Shown here in pieces: positions 12,542-25,584 of a stretch of DNA of 64,000 nt. A program made the translations under genes and the position numbers. Below the pieces are notes generated by a model that worked only from the letters and a program-made list of their open reading frames with translations, ran no database searches and was not told the origin of the DNA. The stretch's first letter is position 1. Each line of letters opens with the position of its first letter. This DNA comes from Daphnia carinata. Lineage: Eukaryota. The stretch is from positions 13,330,001-13,394,000 of the forward strand of contig NC_081331.1 of the NCBI RefSeq assembly GCF_022539665.2, in the 5' to 3' direction.

Positions 12542-15202
12542 TTATTTTTTTAACGAGTTGGTTGCAGACGTGTCAGTAATCTGCCATTGATTTTTCTGTA
12601 TCTTGCTTCTCTTGGTTGGTTTGGTAGTCAGTTGGGATTTTTGTCTTTTCTGATACTTCCCAGGTGTCGGTTTTTTGCTATTCTCAAGTTCCATTGTATC
12701 TTCCGTTTCTTTATTTCGCTTTGCCGCAGAGATGAGTACTTCATCTGTCATCGGAGTTATCACAGTGCCGATCTTGGTTAAGACCTTCGGTGCTGTCAGT
12801 TTACGGACTGCCGATTCAGGAACAAACGTCGATGTCACTGGTGCTCGAATAGTAGATTCGAATGCCGCCGCCGAGCGGAATGGGAATGGCAAATCATTAA
12901 CCTAGGGTTAACGATTTAAAAAAAATTATTTTCAGCCCATATATTAGAACAACTTGTATACGTACTTGTTGCCGACGCATGTTTGGGTTCTTGTCTTCGT
13001 TAATAATAAGGTTTCCTTGGTTGTCATCTCTTCGCTTAGGGGCCGGTGGGGCTTTGATGATAAATCGTTTTTTCTTTCGATTGGAGATTTTCACACCAGC
13101 TCCACCCCACTCTCCCCAACCAGGCAGAGTCAAATCGATATCTTTAGGAGTGGCTGCATTGACAATTCTTTTTTTCTCCTCTTTGAACTGTTCGATCACA
13201 TCATCATCAGCAAACGCCTCTGCCAACGTCATTCGACGTTGTTCTTCTTCTTCTTCCTCGTTACCTTCTTCAGTTACAGGTACTGACGAATTTGTTATTA
13301 CCGAGTCTGGCATCGAAAGAAATTTGAGAGGATCTATGTCTGAAGCCATCTTGGTTTTGGCTGGAACACTCGCTGCGTTGGGATCTATTTTTGGTGCCGG
13401 TTGCCTTTTGCTTTGCTTTTTGTATGTGATTTGTTTCATTTCAATATCTTCAACAGTTTGCTGGAAATCTTCCATTGTACTTTTACGAACCAAACCTTCA
13501 TCTAATTGTTCTGAAAATTCTTCCTGAACGTCATAGGATTCGGACGCAACACTTTCATTTTCGGCAGAATCAACTGTCGTCGAATGATCAATATTCTCGT
13601 CAGTTGGAGGATACTCTTTAAGTTTGCTTGGCTTTTTTGCAGTTTTTTGTACTTCTTTATTCATTTTCTTCTTTATCTCTTTGCCTTTATTGACGTTGTC
13701 CCAGAGTTTCCGGTAACCAGATGTTATCTCTGTAGTAGGATAAGATGAATCTGGTAAAGACCCACCCAACCATGGGTTGTCGCTTTTCTCGAGGGGAACA
13801 GACGGAATATCCTCTTCAGATTCATCATCAGGCTTCTTAATTTTTCTTGTAACTTCCTTGCCAAGTCGCAGTTGATCTGCTAGTGATTCTCGTGCCTATA
13901 ATAAAAAAACAAAACAAAAAAACAATATTATTATGTAAAAATGGGGATGATTTAATGTTTACATTTTGATCGTATTTTGAACGAATGGCTTGCAACTTGG
14001 CCCATTTGCCAGCGCCTTTGTGCTTCAACGTCATACGCTCCTCGATGCGCTTTTTCTCCAGTTGGTCCAGTTTTTCTAGTGCCCTCTGTGGATCATGCTC
14101 TTTGAGGGCCTCGAATTCTTTGACGTGATTTTTCATTTTTTCTTTCTTAAGAAGCCGATGATACCTAAGAATGTAAAGATGATTAACATCATGCCTAAAT
14201 GATGAACGAGAGAAACCACGTACGTTTTACTCTTGATTTTATTTTGTCGCCTCGCTTTAGCCTCTTGATATGACTGAAGAGCTCTGCTTTTCGCCAATTC
14301 TCTCCGTCTCTCTAAAGCTTCTTTCAATGACATGGTAGTTAACGCTTCTTTTTCGGCTGGGGTAAGCTCCTAGATATACGAAGCTGTAGAACGAAAATGG
14401 TGGATATGGAACTATTTTACCTCATTTTCAGCTTGGACATGTTTGTTGCCCCGCAGAAGTTCGCTGATCTGCTGTTCCAGGGGTGTTTTGGGCTAGCAAC
14501 GTGAAACATAATTCTACATAAGTAATTGAGCTTCTAGTAATAAATTTTTTTATATTTTTTTACCTTGAACTTTGCTGTAAACTCAGAAGCTGAATGCATT
14601 TTTATGGAGGGTTGGTTCATAGGGAAGATCAGTTGTTCAGCTACTCGATTGCTTTTCACAATGTCATCCCATTTTGATACTTCATCTTTAATCTTTTCAT
14701 AACCAGCGGCCCTCTCAACCTATTTGGTATTAAATTTCCTATAAATAAGCTAGTTCCATTAAACTAAAAAATTATTGCTACACACTCTCAATGCTTGTGG
14801 CTTTTCGAGGGGAGCTTTTAATGTAGATGATTTTGATTTGGCCTGCTTCACAGCTTTCTTAAGTGCATCCAAACGAGGCTTCTCGGCAATCACACTGAGC
14901 AGGTCATCAACCTTAATTTTATTTGTCTTTGATTTATCAGATCCAATTTGAACTAAAGCATGCTCATTGATTCTGGAGACTGGTTCAGTTCTCTGGGTAA
15001 TCTTCATCCTATAGAAAAAGACATTCTGTTAAATATTGAGGCGTATTTATCGTCTATAAAATTACTTTTTATTTCCCAATTTTGATATGGCATTCAACAA
15101 TTTCTCATGTTTTTCCTCATCTTCATCATCACTTGCAGCTTCATCTATGTCAAGAAACTCCTGCTTGTCTTCCACAGGTTGAAGAATTTTCAGTTTGGAC
15201 AT
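12542..15202 (-). CDS. UTP14: U3 small nucleolar RNA-associated protein 14 (SSU processome), ~8 exons
   Basis: Conserved motifs RALQSYQEAKARRQNKIKSK, ERMTLKHKGAGKWAK, AFADDDVIEQF, DLTLPGWGEWGGAG, LPFPFRS...PKVLTKIGTVITPM. ATG at 15202 (MSKLKILQPVEDKQEF); short GT-AG introns. Confidence 0.95.
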
Positions 15203-15780
15203 TTTGGCAGAATTGCTAGTAACTTATTTGTGTGACACTTAATTATAATGAAAGGAGAACTGAAACGAGCAGAAAATCGCGCAATAAACACGTGGTAACT
15301 AACACTGAAGACTAGTTCGTTAAAAGAACAATCAAAATTACATCGTCTGCTCTAAGCACGATGGTTCCTATAAACAGTTTCTATTGGTCAACGTTAGCAC
15401 TTTATCGCCATCTAGTAATTTTCGCCATGATGATACCACTGCAGCAGTGCCACTACCCGCTGTCCACGGAAGCTTAGAAAGTAAAAAAAAACTTTAATAT
15501 GTTTCCTTAATAAATCACTACACGAAAAATAAAAGAAGTTCTAACCACTTTTTTTGTTTGGTCCTAATATTTTAAAGCAAACATAAATAGTATGTTAAAA
15601 ATGTTTAGACAGATCATTTTGTTTTCACGCCACCAGAGGAAAACATTAGTAGTCTGCTCCGTGGCGAATTTAAGAGTTAAGGCAATTTCTTCTGGAGCAA
15701 GGTCAGCAATTTTTCGCATGTGATATATGCAGAGCACCAAGAGATATGTATTACTGTGTCTGGTCTCTGAATAGGTGGGC

Positions 15781-18207
15781 ATGACCATGGCGGATTCCGG
15801 AGGATTGACTCAGGCTGTGGAGTTTTCAAGAAAACCATCTGGGCTAACTGGCAAGTCCCCCAAAAGATCTTCCATGAAGAGAAGCCAGAGCCATTATGAC
15901 GCCAAAGAGCTATCGAAAATTGGATATTTAAGCCCTGCTAGTGTAATTTAACGCAGCACTATTCATTTCTTCAACACAGACTTTATGATTTGAATTCCAT
16001 TCATAGATAGAGGCTAAGACAAAGGATACAAATGGCAAAGAAAGTGTCAACGAAAGCCTACCTTCAGTGAAAGGTCTTTCAAATTTGGGTAACACATGCT
16101 TCTTTAATTCAGTGATGCAGGTGTTGAGCCAAACACATTGGTTGACACAATTGCTGGATATGGAGGTTCGTGATGGGCATGTCATTCAGTTAAAAGGCTC
16201 TGATGGAAATTATTCGTGCAAAATCCCTTGCATAACAGCAGAAGAGCTTGATGGTTCCAGTCCCAGCATAGATCCCTCAGAAAGTGAGGATGCAGAGGAC
16301 TCAATCATTGCAGAACCAATCAATGTATCGCTTGGTCCAGGTAGGACAAGTTGGATTAAAGCAATAGTACAATTTTTTTTCATCAATAAACATTTCGAAT
16401 ATTTAGGCAAACCCCTGACACTTACATTGGCTTCCTTCTTAAAAGATATGCATTGCCCAGCTGTAACTGGAGGAACAGGAAAACGTAGGCAATCTTTGTC
16501 GACTGTAACCCCTTCTTCACTCTTCAATCAAGTCTGTAAAAAAAGCCCACAGTTTAGGGGATTCCAGCAGCAGGATGCTCATGAGTAGAGTCATAAATTA
16601 AGTAGTTCCTTCTCTTTTCCAGTCTAATAAAATGTGTTTGTAGACTTCTACGTCATCTCCTGGACGGAATTCGGACTGAAGAAATTACTCGACGACGTCA
16701 CGCAATAATGAGCCATTTTGATTTACCTGTGACTGTTGCAAAAAATCAACAAGCTGAAGTCGACCCCGTACTCAAGCGAAAGTTAAAAGTCTATGGCAAG
16801 GAATCTGCTCATACCTTCGTTGATCAACTCTTTGGTGGACAGCTCCTCAGTACAGTTATCTGTGAATCTTGCCATCACCAGTACCAAATCCTTGAGCCAT
16901 TCATGGATCTTAGCTTGCCAGTTTCTGAAGACAAATCGCCTCCTGCCAATCACAAGCGTAAAACCAACGTCGTTGACTCGCTGTCGTGCTTAGGTTCATC
17001 CACACCGGCTACCATTTCGAAACATCAGCGTAAGAAAGAACGTAAGGCAGAACGCCGAGGCAAAGGAAGAAGGTTCAAAAATAAGGAAGAAGAAGAAATG
17101 TTTCCAGCTAGTACCCAAGATGACGTAGCTTCTCTGGCTGTCGAGGAAGAGAGTAGCGCAAAAGATGACGCCGATAGCACGAAAACGGACGACACCCTTA
17201 GCGTGAAAACCGACGATACCCTTAGCTTGAAAACACAAGATAAAGAAACCAGTAAAACCGAAACTTATGACGAAGACGAAAGTCTTGCTTCCAGTGGCAG
17301 GGAGGACGAGGATGAAGATATCGGCGGTGATGTTGAGGACAACAACGAGGAAGTGATCGAACTGGTATCAAGGATAGATCAAGTGCGCATTGATTCAGCA
17401 AGTGATGAAGACGAAACTGATCGAGTTAAGATAGATAGCCCTCCTACTACCCCAACCGCCAAGAAAATTCGCAGCGAGTGGATTGCAAAAAGTCTTTGTA
17501 GTTTGGCCGTCCGCTACCATGCCACTAATCAAGAGTGTTCAGTCCAATCGTGCCTTAATCTTTTCACTGCTCCAGAGTTGCTGACTGGCTCGAACAAGTA
17601 CGGCTGCGAAAATTGTACTAAAAGAAAAGCAGCAGCAGCTATTGCCGAAGGAGCAGATGAAAATACCAAAATACCTACTGTCTATAGCGTGGCTAGCAAA
17701 CAGTTGCTCATTTTCGCGCCACCAGCCTTATTAACACTTCATCTGAAGCGTTTCACCCAAAATGGAATTGCTTTGCGTAAAGCACAGAAACATGTCGATT
17801 TTCCGCTCCGCCTTGACCTTGCCCCTTTCTGTAGCGCCGCAGCTGCTGGTGTTAGCTCGATTCCGGCTCATCAAAAAGAAGTTATCTACTCGTTGTACGG
17901 AGTGATAGAGCATAGCGGTCGACTCAGTAGTGGACACTACACGGCGTTTGTGAAAGTACGGCCGGTGACATCGGAGCTAGTAACCCAGTTTCTTCAGCGA
18001 GAGCCTATGCAAACAGAAGATCTTCATCGTCTACGGGACCAACTCAGTGAGCGGTTGTTGGCTGAACGAACTACTTCCGAGAATAATTCCGAATTTCCTT
18101 CAGACGGGGTTTGGTACTATTGTAGCGATTCCCATGTCACAGCCGTCAGTGAAGAAAAAGTCCTAAGAAGCCAAGCGTTTCTCCTTTTCTACGAAAGGGT
18201 GCTGTAA
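15781..18207 (+). CDS. USP45/USP16: Ubiquitin carboxyl-terminal hydrolase of the USP16/USP45 family; exons ~15781-15942, 16006-16340, 16407-16584, 16643-18207
   Basis: Cys box GLSNLGNTCFFNSVMQ, PQFRGFQQQDAHELLRHLLDG, ICESC...EPFMDLSLPV, ELLTGSNKYGCENC, LTLHLKRF, His box HSGRLSSGHYTAFV and C-terminal SQAFLLFYERVL typical of USP16/45. The start exon (MTMADSGGLTQAVEF) is inferred. Confidence 0.9.
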
Positions 18208-18339
18208 AGCGCAAAATGATATCTTGATTATTGAAATTTGCCATCAACATGTAAAATTTATCATCGAATACAAAGTTTCCTTGTGGAAATGATGTTTTGG
18301 AACAGTTTTTGTGAATGTTCGTTTCCCATTTTGCTTTCC

Positions 18340-21300
18340 CTATTGCACCAGAAGGAGAATGACCAACTGAAATATACTTAGGGCCCCTTCGTAAAGAAGT
18401 TTGGGGGAAAAAACAGTCCAAACAAAAAGATGATAACGGAGTGAAGTGACGATTAGTGAAAAAATTAACGTAATAAGCATTCTAGAACAAATAAAGCCAT
18501 ACATGTGGGTCTTGCCTTTAGATTCCAAGTTTTGTCTGTGGACGTCCAACAGTAATGCTAAAATTGGACCTGAAAACGTTGCGCAGCTTAACAAGAAACC
18601 TTCGAAAGGCAAGACAGATAAGTTAAGCACGCAATGAATTAAAAAATTTGTTTTTAGTACCGACTGCAAACATGTTGTAATTCGGTAGGCCAACATAGCC
18701 AGATGCGAGGTCAATTCTTGACAAATTGTTTCCGTTTCCCTGTAGAAACAATTATAACGTATATTGCGTCCAACTTACTTGGTTGTTCCGTAAACTTTAT
18801 CAATACCTCTTGAAAGTACCAAGTCATTCCAATCCAATAATAAGCCAGGTTTTTGTAGAACGGATGGAGTTGTGCAACTAGGTGGGGACGGATCAAAGAG
18901 TATTGAAGTAGATGCATCAAGGTAAGTATAAGGTTGTGAGGTCGTTTCAAAAGTGAAGTGAGAACGATCCAAATAGTAACTAAGGCAGATGATCGTTCCC
19001 GTGACGCAATAGCAATAAATATTACCGACATGTAGGTAATGACAGCCTCCACAATACCCCTGTAGCTTTCACAAAAAGAAAATCAAATATTTAAAACGAT
19101 ATGTATCAATTATGGATTTATCTGTTATCTTACGTTGATTGAGGATAGTAAAATGAAAAAGAGCCCAACGCCGCACGATACGCAAGGGTTGCGGAAAGAC
19201 CCACGCATGTTGCTATCAACTGCATTAAATTGAGTTTCATGTTGCTGTAGATCCAACAGAAAATCCCAGTTGCTCCTATAACAGAACTTATGGTGAGATA
19301 GGTTTGGTTAGCAGCAGTGTTCAGCCATTCTTTAACATCTGGTTCATTTATCCATTTATCTCCCGTTTGGTTCCAGCAACGGGAAATGCGTACGAGTCCC
19401 ATGAATCCTATTAGTGATAGCATACTTTCTTTTCGCCTTGTGCTGCCGTACATAAGAAGTAATGCAAGCGTATTGATGAAAAAATAATACGTTTGATGCT
19501 CTTCTTCGACAAAGCTGCTCGCGCCCAAACTAGCAGCGTGAAGCAGTGATCCGGATAAAAGAAATATCTCAGCGACAGAACCCAGTTTCTACAGATAACT
19601 ATAATTAATCTTAACAGTATGGATACAAATAGATACTAGAAAATACCTTCAAACGGAACTCTGTACGCTTACAAAGTAAATGGCAATTCGTAACAAACAG
19701 GATAAGAATGAGTAAGCTCAGTCCTAAGCTGTAAACGACTGGAACGTGTCCATTGAGGCATATGCCACTTTCGTTGTCAATCATCAAACACGTCAGAACA
19801 TGGCATATAGTTGAAAAAACACCTATAACAATGACAAAGGAGTAAACAAAGCGTGTAGATTGCCAGTTCACGAGCCTTTGGCATTCTATAGCTGAAATTA
19901 GCAGTAGCTAAAATGGATGTGCATAAAGTTAGTTTTTGGTTCATGAAGTAAAACGTTGATCTTACCACTGACCTGGAAGGAAAGGACGATCCCTAAAATC
20001 ATTAAATAAAGATCAAATTTTACGAGGCTTTCCACGGACGTATTACTCATTTCCTCTGCAGCTTTCAAAAAGAGGTTCATGATTTCATTTTCATTTTTCG
20101 TTGCGTTATTCGTTAACCAGTCCTGATAAAGTTTTACAGCTCGTTGATAGACTGGATTTTCGCTATTTCTTTCGAACTGGAGATAAATGTTTCGAGCGTT
20201 GGCGTAAGCAGCATAAAGCTTTTGCGAATGCTCAAAACTTCCAAGAACACCAGGAAGGATAGAGCCCAAATTATTGCTTGGTATTGGAACTCCCATTAAA
20301 ACAGCCAAAGTTGGGGCCAAATCAATTTGAAGATGATTTGCAAAATCTGTTTTCGAATCAGGTTTGCAACCTTCCATTATGAATGTTAGAGGGATTTCAA
20401 CTTCAGCCTTGGAAGATCCTCCGTGGCTCCCGGACTCACTCATACCTCGTTGATTAGACAGAATATTTAGAGTTACAAAAGATATTTAGATTACATACAA
20501 GGATACCATGATCACCGCACACAATAATTGCGGAATGTTTTCCAATGAGTTGTTGGTGAATCTTTTTAATAACGTTATCCATTTCTCTTAATTTTTCTGG
20601 AACCAATGGGCTTCTTGGCCCACTGACATGTCCAATGTGATCCAACCCCAAATAATGAAGAATCATCACAGACCAGTCAGTTTGGTTCAGTTCAAAATTT
20701 AAATGTCTTGTAACATTATTGTCAACCTAAAAGAAAATGGATACTTATTATTATTGGAGACCATAGGAACAATATTGGCACACCTCTTTGAAATCATTGA
20801 CAAAAAAAGATGTTGTTCCTTCACTGCGCCCAAATTTTTTGGGGAAAAGTTTCAGCCAAGTATCATCACCATAAAAAACTATTTTGTGACCATGTGTTGT
20901 TAACTGATCAAGAATGTTGTCTTCATTAATTTGAGGGCTTCCCAAGTTGAAGATGACATCAGCAAAGCCAGGCACACTTCCTGTGACTAGAGCCTTTATT
21001 CTAGGTAGAGTGACTGTTGGTGTATGTGCCCAAGCACGATAGGTGCAAGCACGATTTTTATCATGAAGATCAGAAAGAAAAGGCATGAACTGGATATTAT
21101 CACCCAGAATAAAATCAGCTCTTAAAGCATCAATCACAATTAAGACTAGTTTTGATAACTTTGGTGTGTAAAGGTGTTTTGGATTCAACCTGCAAAACCC
21201 AACATGATCACAAATGACAACCTTTGTACGATTATCAGTTTTGTTTAAATACTTACGATAATCCGTTCAATTCTTGTGGCAGGCTTCTATTCCAATTTAA

Positions 21301-21411
21301 AGAATTTTTAGTTCTGCTGTTATATGGCAGAAATCCAGTCAAAAATATGAAAATGGCGGAAAGATGGCAAAATACTATATAAAAAATATGCCAATCTTTT
21401 CGTAGATTCAT
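18340..21411 (-). CDS. PIGG: GPI ethanolamine phosphate transferase 2 (PIG-G), multi-exon
   Basis: N-terminal TM segment ending TGFLP, then VLIVIDALRADF, PTVTLPRIKALVTG, ILHYLGLDHIGH, CGDHGM..GSHGGSS, QIDLAPTLA, SSFVEEEHQTYY and the PIGG-type C-terminus LRYHLFVWTVFSPKLLY. Confidence 0.92.
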
Positions 21412-21952
21412 ATTTTAGTAAAGTATGGCAAGTGGTTGAACATTAAACAGAGGATTTCACAAACGGTGTTTGATTAACATGAAACTGAAAGTTTCAATGT
21501 GCCGCGAGAACAGAAAATGACAACTAAATGTGATAATGCTACTATTTGGCAGTTGCTCCAATACTAAAATTGCCTCGGCTGCGACTTGCGAGTTGCGACT
21601 GCGAAATTTTGCAAACAATGTGACGGATTGTGAATTGTGGCGTGAGAATCCTAGTCAACTTTCGATACGACTCCGAGTTCAAATAATTCAAGGCACGTTT
21701 TGCGTTTTCAGTAAGTTTACTGGTACTGGTATCCCGGTATCCCATAAGTGTTTGTGGTAGATCTGAATAAGTGGCAAAGGTACAACAACCGTACAACAAG
21801 ATTGCCAACACAAAATAAGACATTAGACGGAGAATCCTTTATTATTAGATGAAAAACAATTCCTCAAAACACCGACAACATGTACTTTAGACTACGATAA
21901 ACTAGTAAAGTAATAGTGAGATCGTTTGTGATAGGCAACTGAACATGCAGAA

Positions 21953-24900
21953 TCACGTTAAAATGTGCTTTAGATACTTTTCATGTATGTTTAATGGTAT
22001 AGGTATTGGGACAGGAATTGGTAATGGGATCAAATAAGGGATTCGCATAACAACAAAATTTGGAGGTAATTCCTGTGTCAGACTATTTTTGTTATCCGTT
22101 TGTGGTTTCACATTTCCAGGATCACTGCGCTCAGTTGTCCTTTCATCATTAATCGGTGATTTAACGTCTGGCGTTAATGGTTTCTCAATAATTGCATCAA
22201 ACGGTGTTTTATCCGGTTCAATAGCCGGTTTAACCACTTCATCTTGAGGGTTTTCACTGTGCACATCGGGGTTTTTTAATGGTTTAAGCGACCGATTCAA
22301 AGCTAACAATTGTGACTGGAGGATGTAAGATGGGACCATTTGTGGAGGATACGGAAAAGACGGTGGCCAAGCTGTCGATGGCAGAGCCGGTGTTGGCGGT
22401 GGAATCATACTGCGCGGATGGACCCTTGTTTTGTATTGGCGACTGCTTGAGTGATGCTTCCGATGGCTCTTACCTTTCTTGGACAAAGGGATATCAGGGA
22501 TTTCGACTAGATTCGAGTTTCTCTTGATTGGCTGATCGTCCCGTCGTGAAGAGTGGACTAGATTTAGCGGCGCTTCGCAGTTTTGTTCTTCGGGTTCAGA
22601 ATCGATAGAAGCTAATTCTGTCTCTTCATTGCATTCGAGCTTGACGTTGATCGGATTATCGAGTCGGCAGTCAGAGAGCCACAAATCAGGCGTGATTAAT
22701 AGGCCCGTAGACTGCTTTTTTAGATCGATCGAGGTACCGGGCGAGGTCTCATTTTTTGAGCCGGGTGTGGTACAACTTTGTACGCCCAATGAGCTAGCCT
22801 CGGCGCAGAATAGGTGCATTTTGTATTGGTTGCGGCATTTGTCGGTGCAGAACTGCAATTGGCGCTGGCCGTCATGCAAGTCAACGTAGGTTACAGTATG
22901 TCGTACATGCTTGCACCAATCGCAGACCTTTGCCCGTTTAAAGGCCGCCCGTCGGCATTGCGAAAAACAGATATCCGAACAGAAATTTTTGGCAGGCCCC
23001 GATCCCTCAACGTGCCCGCGAACACCGCCATCTCCGATTTCGCTTTGTCCGCACCAGGAGCAATTTCCTTCTGAATTTTGTTAAACACATGACCATTGGC
23101 AAGAAGTTGAGTAAATCCCACTATGCTTATGCGTACCTGGATGAAGTAAGTTAATAGACGATGGTGTGACTGGAAGATCCGTTGGACTATTGGACGGTTG
23201 ATTGGTGCTGCTACTACTGTTGCTGCCATCCCAGCTTAAAAGTTCGCGTCGGCTTCTTATAGCCTGTAGGATGAAACAAGAATTATCAATCATTATTGTA
23301 CAGAAATTCAAGTTATTAACGCATATTAATAAATACGATTGCAGAAAATGTTTACACAATTCGGTTGTGATAAACCTAATGATTAGGTGGGTAAAATCCT
23401 ACAAAGAGTATTGGACTCTCTACGGAAACATGTAAACTGAGCTGCAAGAAGCATCCAATCACTGTAACCGAATACATATATATGCGGACCTTGCGACCAG
23501 TACGCCTCTAATATCACAAGATTTTCGTTATTTTGTAAACCAAAAAGCCATCGATAAGCCATCAATTCACAGTTGTGTTATCTTTACGCCGTTAGATAAC
23601 TTGAGGAACCCTCTTCATGTAATGCCATCGATGTTTTAGGGAAGCATGTAAATTTGTTTTAAGCTGATGGCAGCTATCCTTCACTCAGGCAGACATCTAA
23701 CTGTATGCTCAAATCATGGAGGAGCTTTTCAACATCTTTTACAAAAGAAATTAAAAAGTTGGTCAATCTACATAGAAACCAAAGTAAGTATCTATTGGAA
23801 ATAGAAAGTATAACAAATAGATTTTAAAACGAAATCATTAGATCTATGGGGCAATTCTTACGTAAGTCTAACCTTTATACTTTTACAATCGCAAGGCCAG
23901 CAAGAAACAAAGAAACGAAATATGAGTAAATATTCCATCAATTCTAAAAAGGTTTCAAGTTGCGTTACACGACCGGTATATAATAAAAACAGCAAGGAAA
24001 CTAGAGCGCAGCATCCTTACGGATGCCTAGTAAAGTTTCAGTACATACGAAAGACGTCTTAATCAAATTGGTCTCTTTTTCTTTGACGTCTTACATGCAG
24101 ATATGTTACATAGTCCTTTTTTGGCTGTTTGATACAGGAGTCAACCATGGGCATACTATTACAGGTTTCCCTGACCAGGGATCAGATGTTACGGTTGCTC
24201 GCCAGAACATCAGGTAAACACATCTGCATATTCCCGTAAAAATTAAACAGCAGTCTGGCAGAGAACATGCGCTTTTCTTTTTAATTCGCAAAATTCTTTA
24301 CATGTTATGTATATCAAATTAACAAATGATTTAACCATTGACCATCCATGATTTTATACTTGATTAAACTATCTATACATTCTACTACACTAGACTTGCA
24401 AATGCGTTTGAACAAGCGTAAAAATAGAAAACGTCTAGGATATCGGCGCCGTTCTTCAATTTTTCGACTCCTTGCTTTGTTAAAAATACAAGATATTAAA
24501 TTCAGGAAATGCATATAGAGTGGATGCAAATATATTTTTAGAAAGAATTGAACGGCCCATGAAAAATTATGCGTCTCCGACTAGACAGCACCAGGCTACT
24601 CAAGAAATGGTGCCAAGAAGGGCAAGGACCCTTCCAAGTTTAGAATTGCTCGGTTTTCGTGCTGCATCCTCCTTCTGGTCTGCGCGGTTATAAGAACGGT
24701 CAGGTTGAAGGAGAAAGTTTTCCATTGGCAGTGATCTATCCGATCGAATTACCACACATATGTTCAACAACAAACTCGTGCGCGCTAACTGTACCGTCTA
24801 CCCATACTGAATTTTAAAAATAGCGCTCGCATGGTTTCAGACAACTCACAAATTTCAAACGTCAATTTAAAAAAAATAGTGGAAATAAGCTATTATGATG

Positions 24901-25584
24901 TTCAAAAAATTGTGGAGGGGAGCAATGGTGGGATTTGTTTTGTCGAAAACCACCGATCGTTTCCTAGGAAATCGGCCTACGTTCAGATCTTGCATAACCC
25001 TCATTTACACAAACTGCAACGTAGATAAAGGAACGCGATCATAAATTTCTTAGTATGAACAAATAAGAAAGACGCTGCGAAGAAAGAAATCAAGCCAGTT
25101 TACGAAAACGAAGAAAAAAGATCGAAACAAGCTATCCTAAACTCTCAAGCTATTCTTAAGCCTCACACAGAAACGTAGTAGCGCAGTTACAGGTTACTTA
25201 CAAAAGGTATACCAATATCCTGATCAAAAATCGGCTCTGTTGCCACTATTGTACTCGGCAGCCGTTTGCAATTCAATCCGAGCTGATCTGGTGTCATTAC
25301 GCAGCGAATTCGGCCTCTCGCCTTACACTCGTAACGAGATCTCAAACCGGGAAACCTGAACGAAACTTCCTCCCTACTCCCACACGTTCGGGTCTACCGT
25401 GGTATATTTACAGAGTTCACCCTCATCTAATGTACTTCTCATTGCCAGCCTCTAACGTCATTTCGTCGAAAAACAATCTCAGTGCAAAGTTGTCTTTTAA
25501 CTAAAACTATTTAAAGCAACCGCTTTAAGTTACAACGAGAAAAATAAATTGTTCACTTACCCAGGACGCGTGCGACTGGGCCAT
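21953..25584 (-). CDS. Sobp: Sine oculis-binding protein homolog (two FCS zinc fingers); exons 25584-25561 (tentative), 23263-23137, 23070-21953
   Basis: The spliced frame reads CSWCG...NFCSDICFSQCRRAAFKRAKVCDWCKHVRHTVTYVDLHDGQRQLQFCTDKCRNQYKMHLFCAEA, with LITPDLW, a Pro-rich region and the C-terminal VVMRIPYLIPLPIPVPIPIPL box. The N-terminal RRELLSWDG resembles the SOBP ELLGWYG box. Confidence 0.9.

Noticed and set aside
12954..13527. Long plus-strand ORFs (110 and 182 aa)
   Set aside because: They are antisense shadows of the Glu/Lys-rich UTP14 exon.
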